Of a stretch of DNA of 54,267 nt, positions 1 to 8,943 are shown in pieces. Positions within the stretch are counted from its first letter, which is position 1. Every line of letters starts with the position of its first letter. Source of the stretch: a virus (taxonomy: Duplodnaviria; Caudoviricetes); the IMG/VR virus record IMGVR_UViG_3300022181_000119, positions 1 through 54,267 of that record; one strand, written 5' to 3'. The translations under genes were made by a program, and so were the position numbers. Below the pieces are notes generated by a model. It made no database searches. It had not been told where the DNA came from and saw only the letters and a program-made list of their open reading frames with translations.

Positions 1-92
1 TTAGCCGCGTATATTTTCAACGCCGTGATTTTCTCCCTCGGGACCTGCAATGCCAGTTGGTCCTTCCTCTTCTCCTTCGTCTTGTCCGTCAT
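1..92 (-). CDS. Partial small protein running off the window edge, possibly ribbon-helix-helix (MTDKTKEKRKDQLALQVPREKITALKIYAA...)
   Basis: ATG at 92 with GGAGG 8 nt upstream, in a different frame overlapping the low-complexity tail of the ParB gene; strand-then-helix pattern; not in the ORF track. Confidence 0.5.
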   Translation of the reverse strand, partial: MTDKTKEKRKDQLALQVPREKITALKIYAA

Positions 93-747
93 AGTCATTC
101 CCTCCATAGTATTTACTTTCGAATTCTTCCCACGACTTCGAGAATTCATGATGCGCGAATGCTTCCTTCAATCCTGAGATCTGTTTAAGTCTGATAACTT
201 CGTCTAATTCCATCCCGAGTTTCTTGCAGATCTCTTCGTCTCCCCATCCATAGCGGGAGAGTTCAATGACGACCTCGCTCATAGGTCGAATCTGATGTGT
301 TCCTCTCGCCCTGTTGTGCCGAATAGTCGAACCGATCCTCTCATCTATCGGCTTGTCAATGTATGTGAGAGGCAGGTATCCCAGAAGTCTCTTCCGTATG
401 TCTTCGTATTCCTTGCCAACCCTGTTTCTATGAAACCCATCGACAACCTCGCTCTTCTCTTTGCTCAGCTTGTAAGCGACTATCGGTTGAGTGAAGCCGT
501 CGTTCTTGATCGAGACTCGAAGCAGTTTCATTTCAGGGCTTGCCACCTTGTTCGGGTTGTATTCGTTTGCCTGAACGTTTTCATTTTTCACCCAGAGAAC
601 ACAATCAACAGGTTCGCTCTTGAACGGAGACACTTCCGAGAGTTCCTTCCTGACATAGTTCAGGGCTTCGATTTTCTCATCGATGTCTTCGATCGAACCG
701 ATTAGGCCTTTCAGCTTCTGAGTGATCTCTTCTATCTCACTTTTCAT
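1..747 (-). CDS. ibrB: IbrB-like ParB/Srx-domain protein
   Basis: Motifs VQANEYNPN, SIKNDGFTQPIV, VVDGFHR and STIRHNRARG; start trimmed to MKSEIEE, which has an RBS. Confidence 0.85.
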   Translation of the reverse strand: MKSEIEEITQKLKGLIGSIEDIDEKIEALNYVRKELSEVSPFKSEPVDCVLWVKNENVQANEYNPNKVASPEMKLLRVSIKNDGFTQPIVAYKLSKEKSEVVDGFHRNRVGKEYEDIRKRLLGYLPLTYIDKPIDERIGSTIRHNRARGTHQIRPMSEVVIELSRYGWGDEEICKKLGMELDEVIRLKQISGLKEAFAHHEFSKSWEEFESKYYGGNDYDGQDEGEEEGPTGIAGPEGENHGVENIRG

Positions 748-1156
748 GTTCCACTTCCTTTCTGAGAAACCAGTAGTTCTTTGTCTGCCTGTATATCTCG
801 AAGCCGAGCTTTTCAAGATGCTTCTTGACTATTTCACTGTTGGTCGTACATACGAAAGGTTTCTCTATTCCCTTGCAATACTTCATATTCGCGTCTATCA
901 GTTTCTTGTAGATCCCTCTTTTCCTAAACTCGGGTTCTACATACGAGGTCGCCAGAACGATCTTCGTGTTCTCGATCACGAGAGAGGCGAACCCCGCAAT
1001 CTTTTCATCTTCCATCGCAACAAACCAGACCTTCTCGTCTTCGTTGTGGAGATAGGGTAGTTCGTTCTGGTATTTCTTCTCCGCGAAATACTTTCCTATC
1101 TTCGAGTAGAATTCACTTCTGTCATACTCGCCTTCATAGACAACGATCTCCATCAT
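737..1156 (-). CDS. GNAT-family acetyltransferase
   Basis: FVAMEDEKIAGFASL, then acetyl-CoA motif A YVEPEFRKRGIYKKL, and LEKLGF. Confidence 0.85.
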   Translation of the reverse strand: MMEIVVYEGEYDRSEFYSKIGKYFAEKKYQNELPYLHNEDEKVWFVAMEDEKIAGFASLVIENTKIVLATSYVEPEFRKRGIYKKLIDANMKYCKGIEKPFVCTTNSEIVKKHLEKLGFEIYRQTKNYWFLRKEVEHEK

Positions 1157-2478
1157 CCCTCCCCCTCTCTTTCCAGTAATTCCGCTATCTGCTTCAAGTG
1201 TTTCTGATCGGTATCTTTCGCGTATATGATGTTTCTGTACTTCTTCTTCAGTTCGAACAGCCTCTCGACATCGCCTTTCGTTTCACTGAAGCTCAAGCGG
1301 CTCATCCAGAAGTCGTTCTTTTCCAGAGCCCTCGCTATCCGCCGCCATGTCGGGGCTCTGTGCGCGCTTTCGATTTTTGTGTCCGCGCTGTCCTGGACCT
1401 GCGAGATCGGGATTCCATACTTGCGATCCCACCAGTAGAAGAATCTCTTTATCTTTCGATAATAGTGATCCCGCAGTTCCGGCGCATACAGCCCGATTGT
1501 TTCAAGAAGCCATATCGCGTATTGCTGCCAGCTCATGCCCTCCGGTTTCTCCGACTTGATATTCCCCAGAAGAGAAGACCGGGCATAGATGTTGCCGAAA
1601 TTGACACCGTGAACCCTGTTCAATACCTTCTCCCAGGTCTCCGGTTCAAGGTATCTAAACTGGTCGAGGCTCTGTCTCTGATCGTCTCCGTATGGTTGGC
1701 ACAACCTTTGCTCATGAATGGACATACCGTTTTTGTACATTAGCTCGTAGATGTAGTTGTACTTGAGGTTCAGCTTCGCGACCGCTCCCCAATCGTCTTC
1801 GGTCCGCCAGTCATAAAGCGGGTAGAAGTTGAAGACATTGATCGGCTTTCCTCCGACCTGAACCTGCGTAGTCCAGCCATAGTTTTTGAAGCGAGTCTTC
1901 TTCTCCGTGATGATAGTCCTGAATCTGTTGAAGCTCTCGTCGCTCCTGATCCCAATCCCGGCAGCGTTGAGACCGGGCCTGGTCTTTCCGTACCAGCTCG
2001 CAAAGTCTATGATGAACATCTCGAACTCGGTTCCTGGTCTGAACCAATCCCAACCTCGGTCGAGATAGTTGTCTTCGTTGATTACACAGTCATGTTTTGG
2101 CATGGGTCGAACCCATTTCTTCTTGTCTTCCTTGCCCCAGCACAGCCATTTGGGCTGTATGACCGAGACCGCATTTCTGAGAGAGATTGGCAAAGCCACC
2201 CAGAAGAAGTTCCCCACAACATCTTTCGTGTCTTCTCTCAGCTCTTCGACGTGCGCGATCGTGGCCGCGTACTGTGCTTCGAGGTCTATATAGAGAACAT
2301 CGAGCTTTCTATTCATCTTTCGAGCGACCATCGCCGCGAGCTGGAGCATGATCGAGCTGTCCTTTCCTCCGCTCACACTGAGATAGATGTGATCGAAGTT
2401 CTGAAAGACTATTTCATACCGCTCGAAAGCAGCTTCAAGAACGTTCTTAGTTCCGTACAGTTTCGGCATCCACGACAT
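1153..2478 (-). CDS. ibrA: IbrA-like PAPS-reductase family protein with C-terminal DUF3440
   Basis: PP-loop SVSGGKDS, GIRSDES, FYPLYDW, QRLCQPYG and C-terminal APTWRRIARALEKNDFW. Confidence 0.88.
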   Translation of the reverse strand: MSWMPKLYGTKNVLEAAFERYEIVFQNFDHIYLSVSGGKDSSIMLQLAAMVARKMNRKLDVLYIDLEAQYAATIAHVEELREDTKDVVGNFFWVALPISLRNAVSVIQPKWLCWGKEDKKKWVRPMPKHDCVINEDNYLDRGWDWFRPGTEFEMFIIDFASWYGKTRPGLNAAGIGIRSDESFNRFRTIITEKKTRFKNYGWTTQVQVGGKPINVFNFYPLYDWRTEDDWGAVAKLNLKYNYIYELMYKNGMSIHEQRLCQPYGDDQRQSLDQFRYLEPETWEKVLNRVHGVNFGNIYARSSLLGNIKSEKPEGMSWQQYAIWLLETIGLYAPELRDHYYRKIKRFFYWWDRKYGIPISQVQDSADTKIESAHRAPTWRRIARALEKNDFWMSRLSFSETKGDVERLFELKKKYRNIIYAKDTDQKHLKQIAELLEREGEG

Positions 2479-3844
2479 CCCCTTTCATGTTGATCCAGTT
2501 GCTCAGATACTCTTTCTTGTCTTTCTGGCGGTCGAGATTTCTCTTAAACGAATCAACCATGTTCTCTTTCTTGTAGAGACATTTCAGAATCCGCTCGTCG
2601 AGAGACTGAGAAACGCATATATCTATGATGTGGACGTTCTTCTCCTGTCCCATCCTGTGAACCCGGTCCTCGGCCTGCATTCTGGTTGCGTAGTCCCAGT
2701 CATTCGAGTAGAAGATGGCATAGTTCGCGAACTGGAGATTCAGACCATATCCGGCGCACGCCTTGTTTGCCACGAAGAATCTCGCACCGTTCTGGAATCT
2801 CTCGATGTTCTCCTGTCTTTCTTTCTGTGAGAGCCCGCCACAGAAGGCTACCGCCGTTCCTTCGCGCTTCTCGTTCAGGACCTCGACGAGATCGCGGATC
2901 TCCTGGGTGTACTTGCAGAAGACAACCGCTTTCTCCGAGATCCTGTCGGCCACCTCCAGAAAGTCCCGGACCCTCGGATTCTTTCTCGGGTCGTCGAAGA
3001 ACGGCTCTCGTGTAATGTGTCGGTCAATGAAGACCCTAAAACCGGATATGATGCTCTGAAGAGACGAGAAGAGTCTGTATATCGTCTCGGGTCTGATCTC
3101 GTCTATCTCGAAGAGAAGCCTGTCCGCAACCGACTGATAGTGATCCCACTGTCTGGAGGTCATCCCGGCATACTCGACCGTGTAGGTCTTCGACGGGAGA
3201 TCCAGACACTCACTTTTCTTGATCTGATACGAGTACGGCGCGATCTTCTTCACGAGATAGCCAGTGTTCAACGCCGCACTGATGCGCCCGGGGATTCTGT
3301 CGTCCCACTCTACGTGATTGGCCGCAAAGCTCCAGAATGATTTATATCCCAGAACTCTCCAGTCAAGCACGAGCCATTGAGCGAATAGATCGACCTCGTT
3401 TCGGCTAATAGGAGTGCCGTTCAGAATCAGACGATATGGGCATTTTCCCGCGAGCCTGACGATGTTCGAGGTCCTCTTCGTTCTGTGGTTCTTCACAAGG
3501 TTGCTCTCGTCCACGACGAGAAAGCACCTCTCTTTCTCCGCCATCTCCAGAAGTCTCACGTTCTCCCGAATGCTGCTCGAAAGAGACTCGATCCCGACTA
3601 TCGTGATGTCGGAAATGTCGTCGGTGTGTTTCAGAAGTTCTCGCCTGAGAGATTCCTTCACAGAGAAGGGGCAGAGCCAGATGACACGATCGACCTTCCC
3701 GGTGTTGAGCCTCTGGGCGATCAGCTCAAGCGCAGTTCGGGTTTTTCCTGTTCCCATTTCCATATATAATGCCCCGATCTTGATCTTCGAGAGTTTCTCG
3801 ACAGCCGCTATCTGGTGAGCGTAGAGTTCAGTCTTTAAGGTCAT
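2447..3844 (-). CDS. SNF2-family (SF2) helicase/translocase
   Basis: LYAHQ Q-motif, MEMGTGKT, VVDESN, LNGTP, GYGLNLQ, QAEDRVHRMGQ. Confidence 0.9.
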   Translation of the reverse strand: MTLKTELYAHQIAAVEKLSKIKIGALYMEMGTGKTRTALELIAQRLNTGKVDRVIWLCPFSVKESLRRELLKHTDDISDITIVGIESLSSSIRENVRLLEMAEKERCFLVVDESNLVKNHRTKRTSNIVRLAGKCPYRLILNGTPISRNEVDLFAQWLVLDWRVLGYKSFWSFAANHVEWDDRIPGRISAALNTGYLVKKIAPYSYQIKKSECLDLPSKTYTVEYAGMTSRQWDHYQSVADRLLFEIDEIRPETIYRLFSSLQSIISGFRVFIDRHITREPFFDDPRKNPRVRDFLEVADRISEKAVVFCKYTQEIRDLVEVLNEKREGTAVAFCGGLSQKERQENIERFQNGARFFVANKACAGYGLNLQFANYAIFYSNDWDYATRMQAEDRVHRMGQEKNVHIIDICVSQSLDERILKCLYKKENMVDSFKRNLDRQKDKKEYLSNWINMKGDVVDAETVRN

Positions 3845-4487
3845 CCAGCACCTCCGAATCTGAATCGAGAACGTCCGTGATAGAGTCCCGGTGTTTCGGC
3901 TTCTCGACCTTCACGACCTTGATCCTCTGGACGTTCTCCATCTTTTCCCGGATCTCGTCGAGCATCTTCTGGGCCTCGGGCGCGAACCTGAACCCAAATA
4001 TCTGCGCGAAGTCTTCCAATTCGACGTAGCACTCCGGTCTGACTATGACGCTGTTTCCGGACCAGCGAGACCCCGGGAGCCTCCGGGCCATGCGGTAGAG
4101 TTCTTCGTTCCTGCCGAGCCACTTGAGCGAGAACCAGCCTTCGTACTTTCCCCCGACGATCTTCAAAATCCAGCGGGTGTGTTCGGGAGTGAAGTCTCCC
4201 TCTACTGCCTTCCTGCGGATCTCGGGATCTTCTATCTCGACGGGGAATCCAGAAGCGAGCAGCCTGTTTGCCAGCTCGGCTGCCTGATCTTCTGGAGAGC
4301 CTGTGAAACTCATGATCTTCTTCACCCACCCGGTGTACTTCCCCTTCCATTCATACCCGAGAGACTTCACGATTGATATGAACCTTTCGTTGTACTCGGT
4401 AGAAGCCACGACCCACGAGGGCGTGGCTTCTATGAGCACTGGAATCTTCGTGACAGGGGATTCTGGAAACAGAGTATGGTCAATCAT
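3828..4487 (-). CDS. Hypothetical protein overlapping the SNF2 start (two internal W-containing beta-rich repeats)
   Basis: ORF with GGAGG RBS before MIDHT; overlaps the helicase start. Confidence 0.65.
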   Translation of the reverse strand: MIDHTLFPESPVTKIPVLIEATPSWVVASTEYNERFISIVKSLGYEWKGKYTGWVKKIMSFTGSPEDQAAELANRLLASGFPVEIEDPEIRRKAVEGDFTPEHTRWILKIVGGKYEGWFSLKWLGRNEELYRMARRLPGSRWSGNSVIVRPECYVELEDFAQIFGFRFAPEAQKMLDEIREKMENVQRIKVVKVEKPKHRDSITDVLDSDSEVLDDLKD

Positions 4488-4515
4488 GTGAAATCCTCCC
4501 TTCCAAGTACCGAGA

Positions 4516-4755
4516 TCAGAAATCAAGTAGAGTAAATGTTCCTTTCTTTCTGGACGGATTCGGGGAATCTGTCAACCACACTTCCATTAATTTGCCATCG
4601 TCATCTGTAAGCACGAAAGCCGCAGTTATGGCTTTACTCCCGAAAACCCTTTCCACTATTTTGGGGTCGCAGTGCTGGACGATATTTTGCACTGCTTTCT
4701 TGCCGCGGTAAAAAGAATAATTCCTTTCAAAAAAATCAGCTGGCGCAATTCTCAT
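4516..4755 (-). CDS. Hypothetical protein
   Basis: 79-aa ORF with GAGGAGG RBS. Confidence 0.6.
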   Translation of the reverse strand: MRIAPADFFERNYSFYRGKKAVQNIVQHCDPKIVERVFGSKAITAAFVLTDDDGKLMEVWLTDSPNPSRKKGTFTLLDF

Positions 4756-4824
4756 CTCTATCCCTCCTCTTGGCTTCTCTGAAGCCTCTCGGGAGGAAGC
4801 CTTTCGACTCCCTCCGAAGAAGAT

Positions 4825-5370
4825 TCAGAATCTCGCCATTCCGAATACAATCTTAGCCAGTCTGTTCTTTCTGCGTCTGATATGCTCCTCTTCCTCTTCC
4901 ATTCTTTTGAACAGATCATAAAGATTGTAGATCTCGTTGTCTCTGTCCATCACAAGTGAGTGCAAGTTCAGCATTCTGCGCGTGACTCTATAACGGTCAG
5001 GGCTAACGTGGCCCTCGAACCGATAGACTGAATAGAAGTCTCCATCAGGCCCGAAGTCTTCGCCTGAAACCTGAACCGCTGAGACGAGTTCACCATCTCG
5101 CTCGTATGAATAGATCTTAGTGATAATTTCCCAGACGAGTTCCCTCCCGAACTTCGGCTCGATCTGATCGGGAATGCCGTCTATCATGCGCGTAGTGTAC
5201 TCATCATCCAGTCTATGTTCTGTGTATTCGATTCCCTTTTCTTCGAGAATTGTGCCGACACTTTTCGAGTTTCTACCGCAACCTAGAAAACTTACCTTCT
5301 CCATCATCTTTTCAAAGAACTCATCAATCTCATCGATTCCTGTCTTCTTGAACTTCACTATTTCTGCCAT
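4825..5370 (-). CDS. Hypothetical protein
   Basis: 181-aa ORF with GGAGG RBS. Confidence 0.7.
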   Translation of the reverse strand: MAEIVKFKKTGIDEIDEFFEKMMEKVSFLGCGRNSKSVGTILEEKGIEYTEHRLDDEYTTRMIDGIPDQIEPKFGRELVWEIITKIYSYERDGELVSAVQVSGEDFGPDGDFYSVYRFEGHVSPDRYRVTRRMLNLHSLVMDRDNEIYNLYDLFKRMEEEEEHIRRRKNRLAKIVFGMARF

Positions 5371-5382
5371 CTCTACCCCTCC

Positions 5383-5868
5383 CTAGATCAAGCTCTTCTT
5401 GATTTTGTATGGATCGCAAAGAAAATCAAGAACTCTGTTCTTCTTGCCCTTTTCTTTGCCGTTGGTGATTCTGTTTATAACCCACTCATAGTCCTCTTCT
5501 CTGCGGATCAGATCCCTGACACTCTCGACCGCTCCTAGAAGATCCCCCGCTTCGGCCATATCAATTGCTGCGTTGATCCTATCTGTCTTAGCCTTCTCAC
5601 TCTTGATCTGCTTCTCGGCTTCTGTCTCGACTACTTCCATCTCGAACACTCTTCTTCCGTTGATTCTGAGAGTATTTTCGTCAATCTGCTCTGCAATCGC
5701 GCCTTCGAAATCGAAGACATCATCCTGGCCTCTGTCAGTGATATTAATGAAGTCCTTTGTGTCGTCGTTGAGGTAAATTCTGGCCTTGTTTCCCGCTCTC
5801 CAAACCTTTGCGCCCTTCATTTCGATTTTCTCTTCGCCTTTGATCTCGTAAATTCTCTTGATTGCCAT
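5383..5868 (-). CDS. Hypothetical protein, first gene of the accessory operon
   Basis: AAGGAGGT RBS before MAIKR; directly downstream of a consensus promoter. Confidence 0.7.
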   Translation of the reverse strand: MAIKRIYEIKGEEKIEMKGAKVWRAGNKARIYLNDDTKDFINITDRGQDDVFDFEGAIAEQIDENTLRINGRRVFEMEVVETEAEKQIKSEKAKTDRINAAIDMAEAGDLLGAVESVRDLIRREEDYEWVINRITNGKEKGKKNRVLDFLCDPYKIKKSLI

Positions 5869-5898
5869 CTGCTCCACCTCCTTCGTCCTTTCATATAT

Positions 5899-5927
5899 AC
5901 TATACTACTATATTTATAGAATGCCAA
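5899..5927 (-). promoter_or_regulatory. Sigma70/SigA-type promoter for the left-end accessory operon
   Basis: TTGGCA (5927-5922), 17-nt spacer, TATAGT (5904-5899) in an AT-rich intergenic region. Confidence 0.7.
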
Positions 5928-5974
5928 TAACGATAGAGTAAAGTATAAGTAACGACTCTATACATATGATAGGC

Positions 5975-6002
5975 AAAAAGAAAAGCCCCCATTTCTGGGG
6001 GC
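5975..6002 (-). terminator. Intrinsic terminator ending the late/lysis transcript
   Basis: GCCCCCA-GAAA-TGGGGGC followed by TTTTCTTTTT on the minus strand. Confidence 0.8.
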
Positions 6003-6027
6003 CTGTGGAGAAAGGAGGTGGTCGGGT

Positions 6028-6162
6028 CTATTGAACAAACCTTTTGAATAGATTGACTATCCAGCGATACGGAGCGGGTACGAGTAGAATAATCTTCTGC
6101 CAGACAGTCTTAGTGATGAACTTAATAATAGGTTTCTTCGATATACGCCAGAGAAACGACAG
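6028..6162 (-). CDS. Putative 44-aa cationic amphipathic peptide (CTG start, or +1 extension of the holin)
   Basis: Open frame LSFLWRISKKPIIKFITKTVWQKIILLVPAPYRWIVNLFKRFVQ filling the gap between the holin stop and the terminator; no canonical start. Confidence 0.4.
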   Translation of the reverse strand: MSFLWRISKKPIIKFITKTVWQKIILLVPAPYRWIVNLFKRFVQ

Positions 6163-6163
6163 T

Positions 6164-6400
6164 TTACTTTCCAGGAAACGAGTCGGTCTCGGCCGCCTCG
6201 TCTAGCGCATCGGCGATGTTTCTGAAACCCTCCGCCAGTCCTTTCTGGATCTTGGATGCTGACTCATCTCCTATCTTCTTCTCCATCCAGGGATCCACTT
6301 TCAGTACTATGAAATTTCTTGTGTGTTGCTTTGCGGCCAATATGCCCCAAGTGACCAAGGCACTTCCTATGGCTCCTCCTACTGCCCAAAGCCATTCCAT
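6164..6400 (-). CDS. Putative holin (N-terminal TM helix)
   Basis: 78 aa, hydrophobic N-terminus, overlaps the endolysin end. Confidence 0.5.
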   Translation of the reverse strand: MEWLWAVGGAIGSALVTWGILAAKQHTRNFIVLKVDPWMEKKIGDESASKIQKGLAEGFRNIADALDEAAETDSFPGK

Positions 6401-6849
6401 TCAAATCCCTCCTTGACCTTTTTTGTGAAGGTCATCACACTTGTTGGTATTTCTATCTCTCCTCTCTGATGTTTTCTGACATTGCCATATCCCCAGTTCC
6501 AAGCAGTGAGAACCAAATCCAGATCTCCATCTAGCTTTTCAAAAAGCCATTCAAGGTAGAAGATCGCTGCTTTAGTGGAGTCTTCAGGGTTGAAAGGAGA
6601 GAAGTAGTAATTCCATCTCTGTGCAAGATCCAGTACCGTAATTGGCATGAACTGATACAGACCCATCGCTCCTTGAGAAGATATAGCGGTCTCGTCAAGA
6701 GAACTCTCAACCTTCGCTATTGAAACAAGCAGATCTGTTAGTTCGTGTTTGTTGCTCCAATCCACAATATCGTTCTCAGTCACATACCCGAACCCTGCAA
6801 TTGCGGCAAGGAAGGCGCATATGATTGTGAGAAAGAGTCTCTTCATCAC
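6379..6849 (-). CDS. Endolysin, SLT lytic transglycosylase with N-terminal signal/SAR segment
   Basis: Catalytic VESS, GAMGLYQFMP, AWNWG; hydrophobic N-terminus. Confidence 0.88.
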   Translation of the reverse strand: MMKRLFLTIICAFLAAIAGFGYVTENDIVDWSNKHELTDLLVSIAKVESSLDETAISSQGAMGLYQFMPITVLDLAQRWNYYFSPFNPEDSTKAAIFYLEWLFEKLDGDLDLVLTAWNWGYGNVRKHQRGEIEIPTSVMTFTKKVKEGFEWNGFGQ

Positions 6850-6850
6850 A

Positions 6851-7144
6851 TCACCTCGCGAAGAGCGCGATGGCGGTAACTACGAGTTCGGTCATTACCC
6901 CAATAAGAGCCGCAAACAATTGACCCCGCATCTTTTTCATGTCTCTCCTCTCTTGCTCTGCTCTTCTCTCCTGTTTTTCATGAAATTCGAGATGGTCATT
7001 AAGAGACTTTTGAAGCAAGGCCATTTGTGTTAAAGACACTCCGTTCTGGGTATCTTTTCCAGTTCGCCAGTTCTCTAGGGTGTTGATTCTCCTTTCATGG
7101 TCGTCAACGATTTCATTCATCGCCTCTAATGTTTTCGTACCCAT
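6851..7144 (-). CDS. Coiled-coil protein with C-terminal TM helix (XhlA/holin-like)
   Basis: DDHERRINTLE motif and C-terminal hydrophobic helix, next to the endolysin. Confidence 0.55.
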   Translation of the reverse strand: MGTKTLEAMNEIVDDHERRINTLENWRTGKDTQNGVSLTQMALLQKSLNDHLEFHEKQERRAEQERRDMKKMRGQLFAALIGVMTELVVTAIALFAR

Positions 7145-7150
7145 TTATCT

Positions 7151-8260
7151 TCACCGTCCATCTTTTCCGACGTAGCTTTCCCAGTCGTCCGTAATCTCCG
7201 AGTAGTCGTATGATTCCCACCTGACCTTGATCCCAGAAGCGCGCTTCTCTATGTCGAGCACGAGACCTCCGATGACGGGATAGAGGCCCTTCTCGACGAG
7301 ATAGGGCGTTTGCCCCTGGAAACAGCCCGCTAGGAAACACTCGGCTCCATGCCAGCGAAAATATCCCTTCTGATGAAAATGCCCGAATATCAGGATGTCG
7401 GGGATCTGGTCGGGAACCCAATTTCTGACATACTTCTGAACTGGATATGATACTGCGTATGCGCCGCCGCCAGCAGGATGTACGAGCCCGATTCTGATAC
7501 CCTTCCAGTTAAAGACTCCGTAATGAAAGCCCAAAAGTTCAACATTCGACCTCACCTCTGCGATGCGTAACGGGATGTTCGCGCCGCCGGTCTTCAGGAA
7601 GGAAGTGTCGTGATTGCCTCCGACCACTTTCGTCGGCCTCTGGGTGTCGGGGTAGTGTTGCCTGGCGAACCGGGTGTGTTGCTCCGAACCGTGAAGAAAC
7701 GTCTGGTATTCCTGCCCTTTGTAGATCTTGGTTCCATCCGAGATGTCCCCACAATCTGCGAAAGCGTCAACCTTTTCTCTGACTTCCTCCACGAACTGTC
7801 TCGCCCTCGAGAGTTGCATATACATCGAGCCGAAATGTAGATCCGAATAGACTCCGAGTCTGAGCCTGTTCCCCTCGACATCGAGTTTCACTTCCTTCGT
7901 GAGGGTCCCGAGCCTGACTATCCGCCCTTCCAGAACTATGTCGTACTCTTCGTTCTTCAACACTTCGACGAAATCTTTCGTTTCGTCGTCCGAAATCCCG
8001 AACCTGTCTGCGATGTAGTGAACCGAGACAGTCTTTTCCTTCAGTATCATCTTGAGGATCTGATTCTTGATCGTCTTGTCTCTCTTTGCGACCTTCAGAG
8101 CTATCTTGTGCGATGAGTTTCTGAACTTTGATCGAAGAGTCTCCCACGGCCTTTCATGGCAGCGACTATCTTTCCTGAACTCTTCCTGGATCTGCGGCCA
8201 CTGCATCCCCTGGTTCCTGAGCGATATGAGCTTCTCTATCTCGTATTTAGTCCATTTCAT
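7151..8260 (-). CDS. Calcineurin-like metallophosphoesterase with N-terminal Myb-like and HTH domains
   Basis: SDLHFG, GDISDG, GNHD, LVHP and GHFH motifs. Confidence 0.85.
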   Translation of the reverse strand: MKWTKYEIEKLISLRNQGMQWPQIQEEFRKDSRCHERPWETLRSKFRNSSHKIALKVAKRDKTIKNQILKMILKEKTVSVHYIADRFGISDDETKDFVEVLKNEEYDIVLEGRIVRLGTLTKEVKLDVEGNRLRLGVYSDLHFGSMYMQLSRARQFVEEVREKVDAFADCGDISDGTKIYKGQEYQTFLHGSEQHTRFARQHYPDTQRPTKVVGGNHDTSFLKTGGANIPLRIAEVRSNVELLGFHYGVFNWKGIRIGLVHPAGGGAYAVSYPVQKYVRNWVPDQIPDILIFGHFHQKGYFRWHGAECFLAGCFQGQTPYLVEKGLYPVIGGLVLDIEKRASGIKVRWESYDYSEITDDWESYVGKDGR

Positions 8261-8264
8261 AGTG

Positions 8265-8495
8265 TCAAATCCTTGATAGAACCATCAACATAACGAAAAC
8301 CAGGAGAGAACCCAGGGCAGTCGCGAGAAAGTCGAGAACTTCAGGAGTTCCTTTCTTCAACCATTTATCCCAGATCAGTTCCTTAGCAATCCCTGCTCCA
8401 ATTCCGAGAAGAACTCCCAAAACAGGGGAAATCAACACCCCGAAAAAGAGCGAGATCGAAAGCCCCATAAAGAAATGCTTCAGTTTGTCGTTCAT
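8265..8495 (-). CDS. Small membrane protein (DKxKHF / KE..WD type)
   Basis: Hydrophobic 76-aa ORF with DKLKHF, AKELIWD and DFLAT. Confidence 0.7.
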   Translation of the reverse strand: MNDKLKHFFMGLSISLFFGVLISPVLGVLLGIGAGIAKELIWDKWLKKGTPEVLDFLATALGSLLVFVMLMVLSRI

Positions 8496-8926
8496 GGTTT
8501 CACCTCCAGAATTTTCTTGGAATTCCAGTCGAAGATCTTGAACGCGATACGATCAGATTCGGCTCTGGCGGCGTCCAGCTCGAACCAGTTTTCGTGATAC
8601 GGCTTTCCCATGATGTATTGCTCCCAGGAGTAGCAGACTGCGAAACCCAGGGGCGAGAGGATCGCGTTCTGGATGTAGTGCTGGTACTCATGCCTGAGGA
8701 CCCTGTATCTCGTGGCTTCGTCTGTGGGGTCAATATAGATGAGAGGTCCACAGGTGAAGGCAGCCGCTCCGCTCCCGTAGGCCGTTCTGATTCCCGAAAG
8801 TTCCTTCTCGATCACGACGGGCGGACAGTTCAGCATATAGAGCTGAAGCCCCGAATTCCCTATCATGACCAGAGCTAGAATAGAGAGAGCGATGGTAAGA
8901 AGCGGGTTCCGATAGAGTTCTTCCAT
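8492..8926 (-). CDS. Membrane-anchored HExxH zincin-like protein (DUF4157-like)
   Basis: N-terminal TM, AFTCGPLI, LRHEYQHYIQ, YHENWFELDA; start trimmed to MEELY, which has a GGAGGTG RBS. Confidence 0.7.
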   Translation of the reverse strand: MEELYRNPLLTIALSILALVMIGNSGLQLYMLNCPPVVIEKELSGIRTAYGSGAAAFTCGPLIYIDPTDEATRYRVLRHEYQHYIQNAILSPLGFAVCYSWEQYIMGKPYHENWFELDAARAESDRIAFKIFDWNSKKILEVKP

Positions 8927-8943
8927 TTCATCACCTCCTTTCC

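Noticed and set aside
6005-6025. Plus-strand AAAGGAGGT as the RBS of a type I toxin
   Set aside because: No convincing hydrophobic ORF follows at proper spacing
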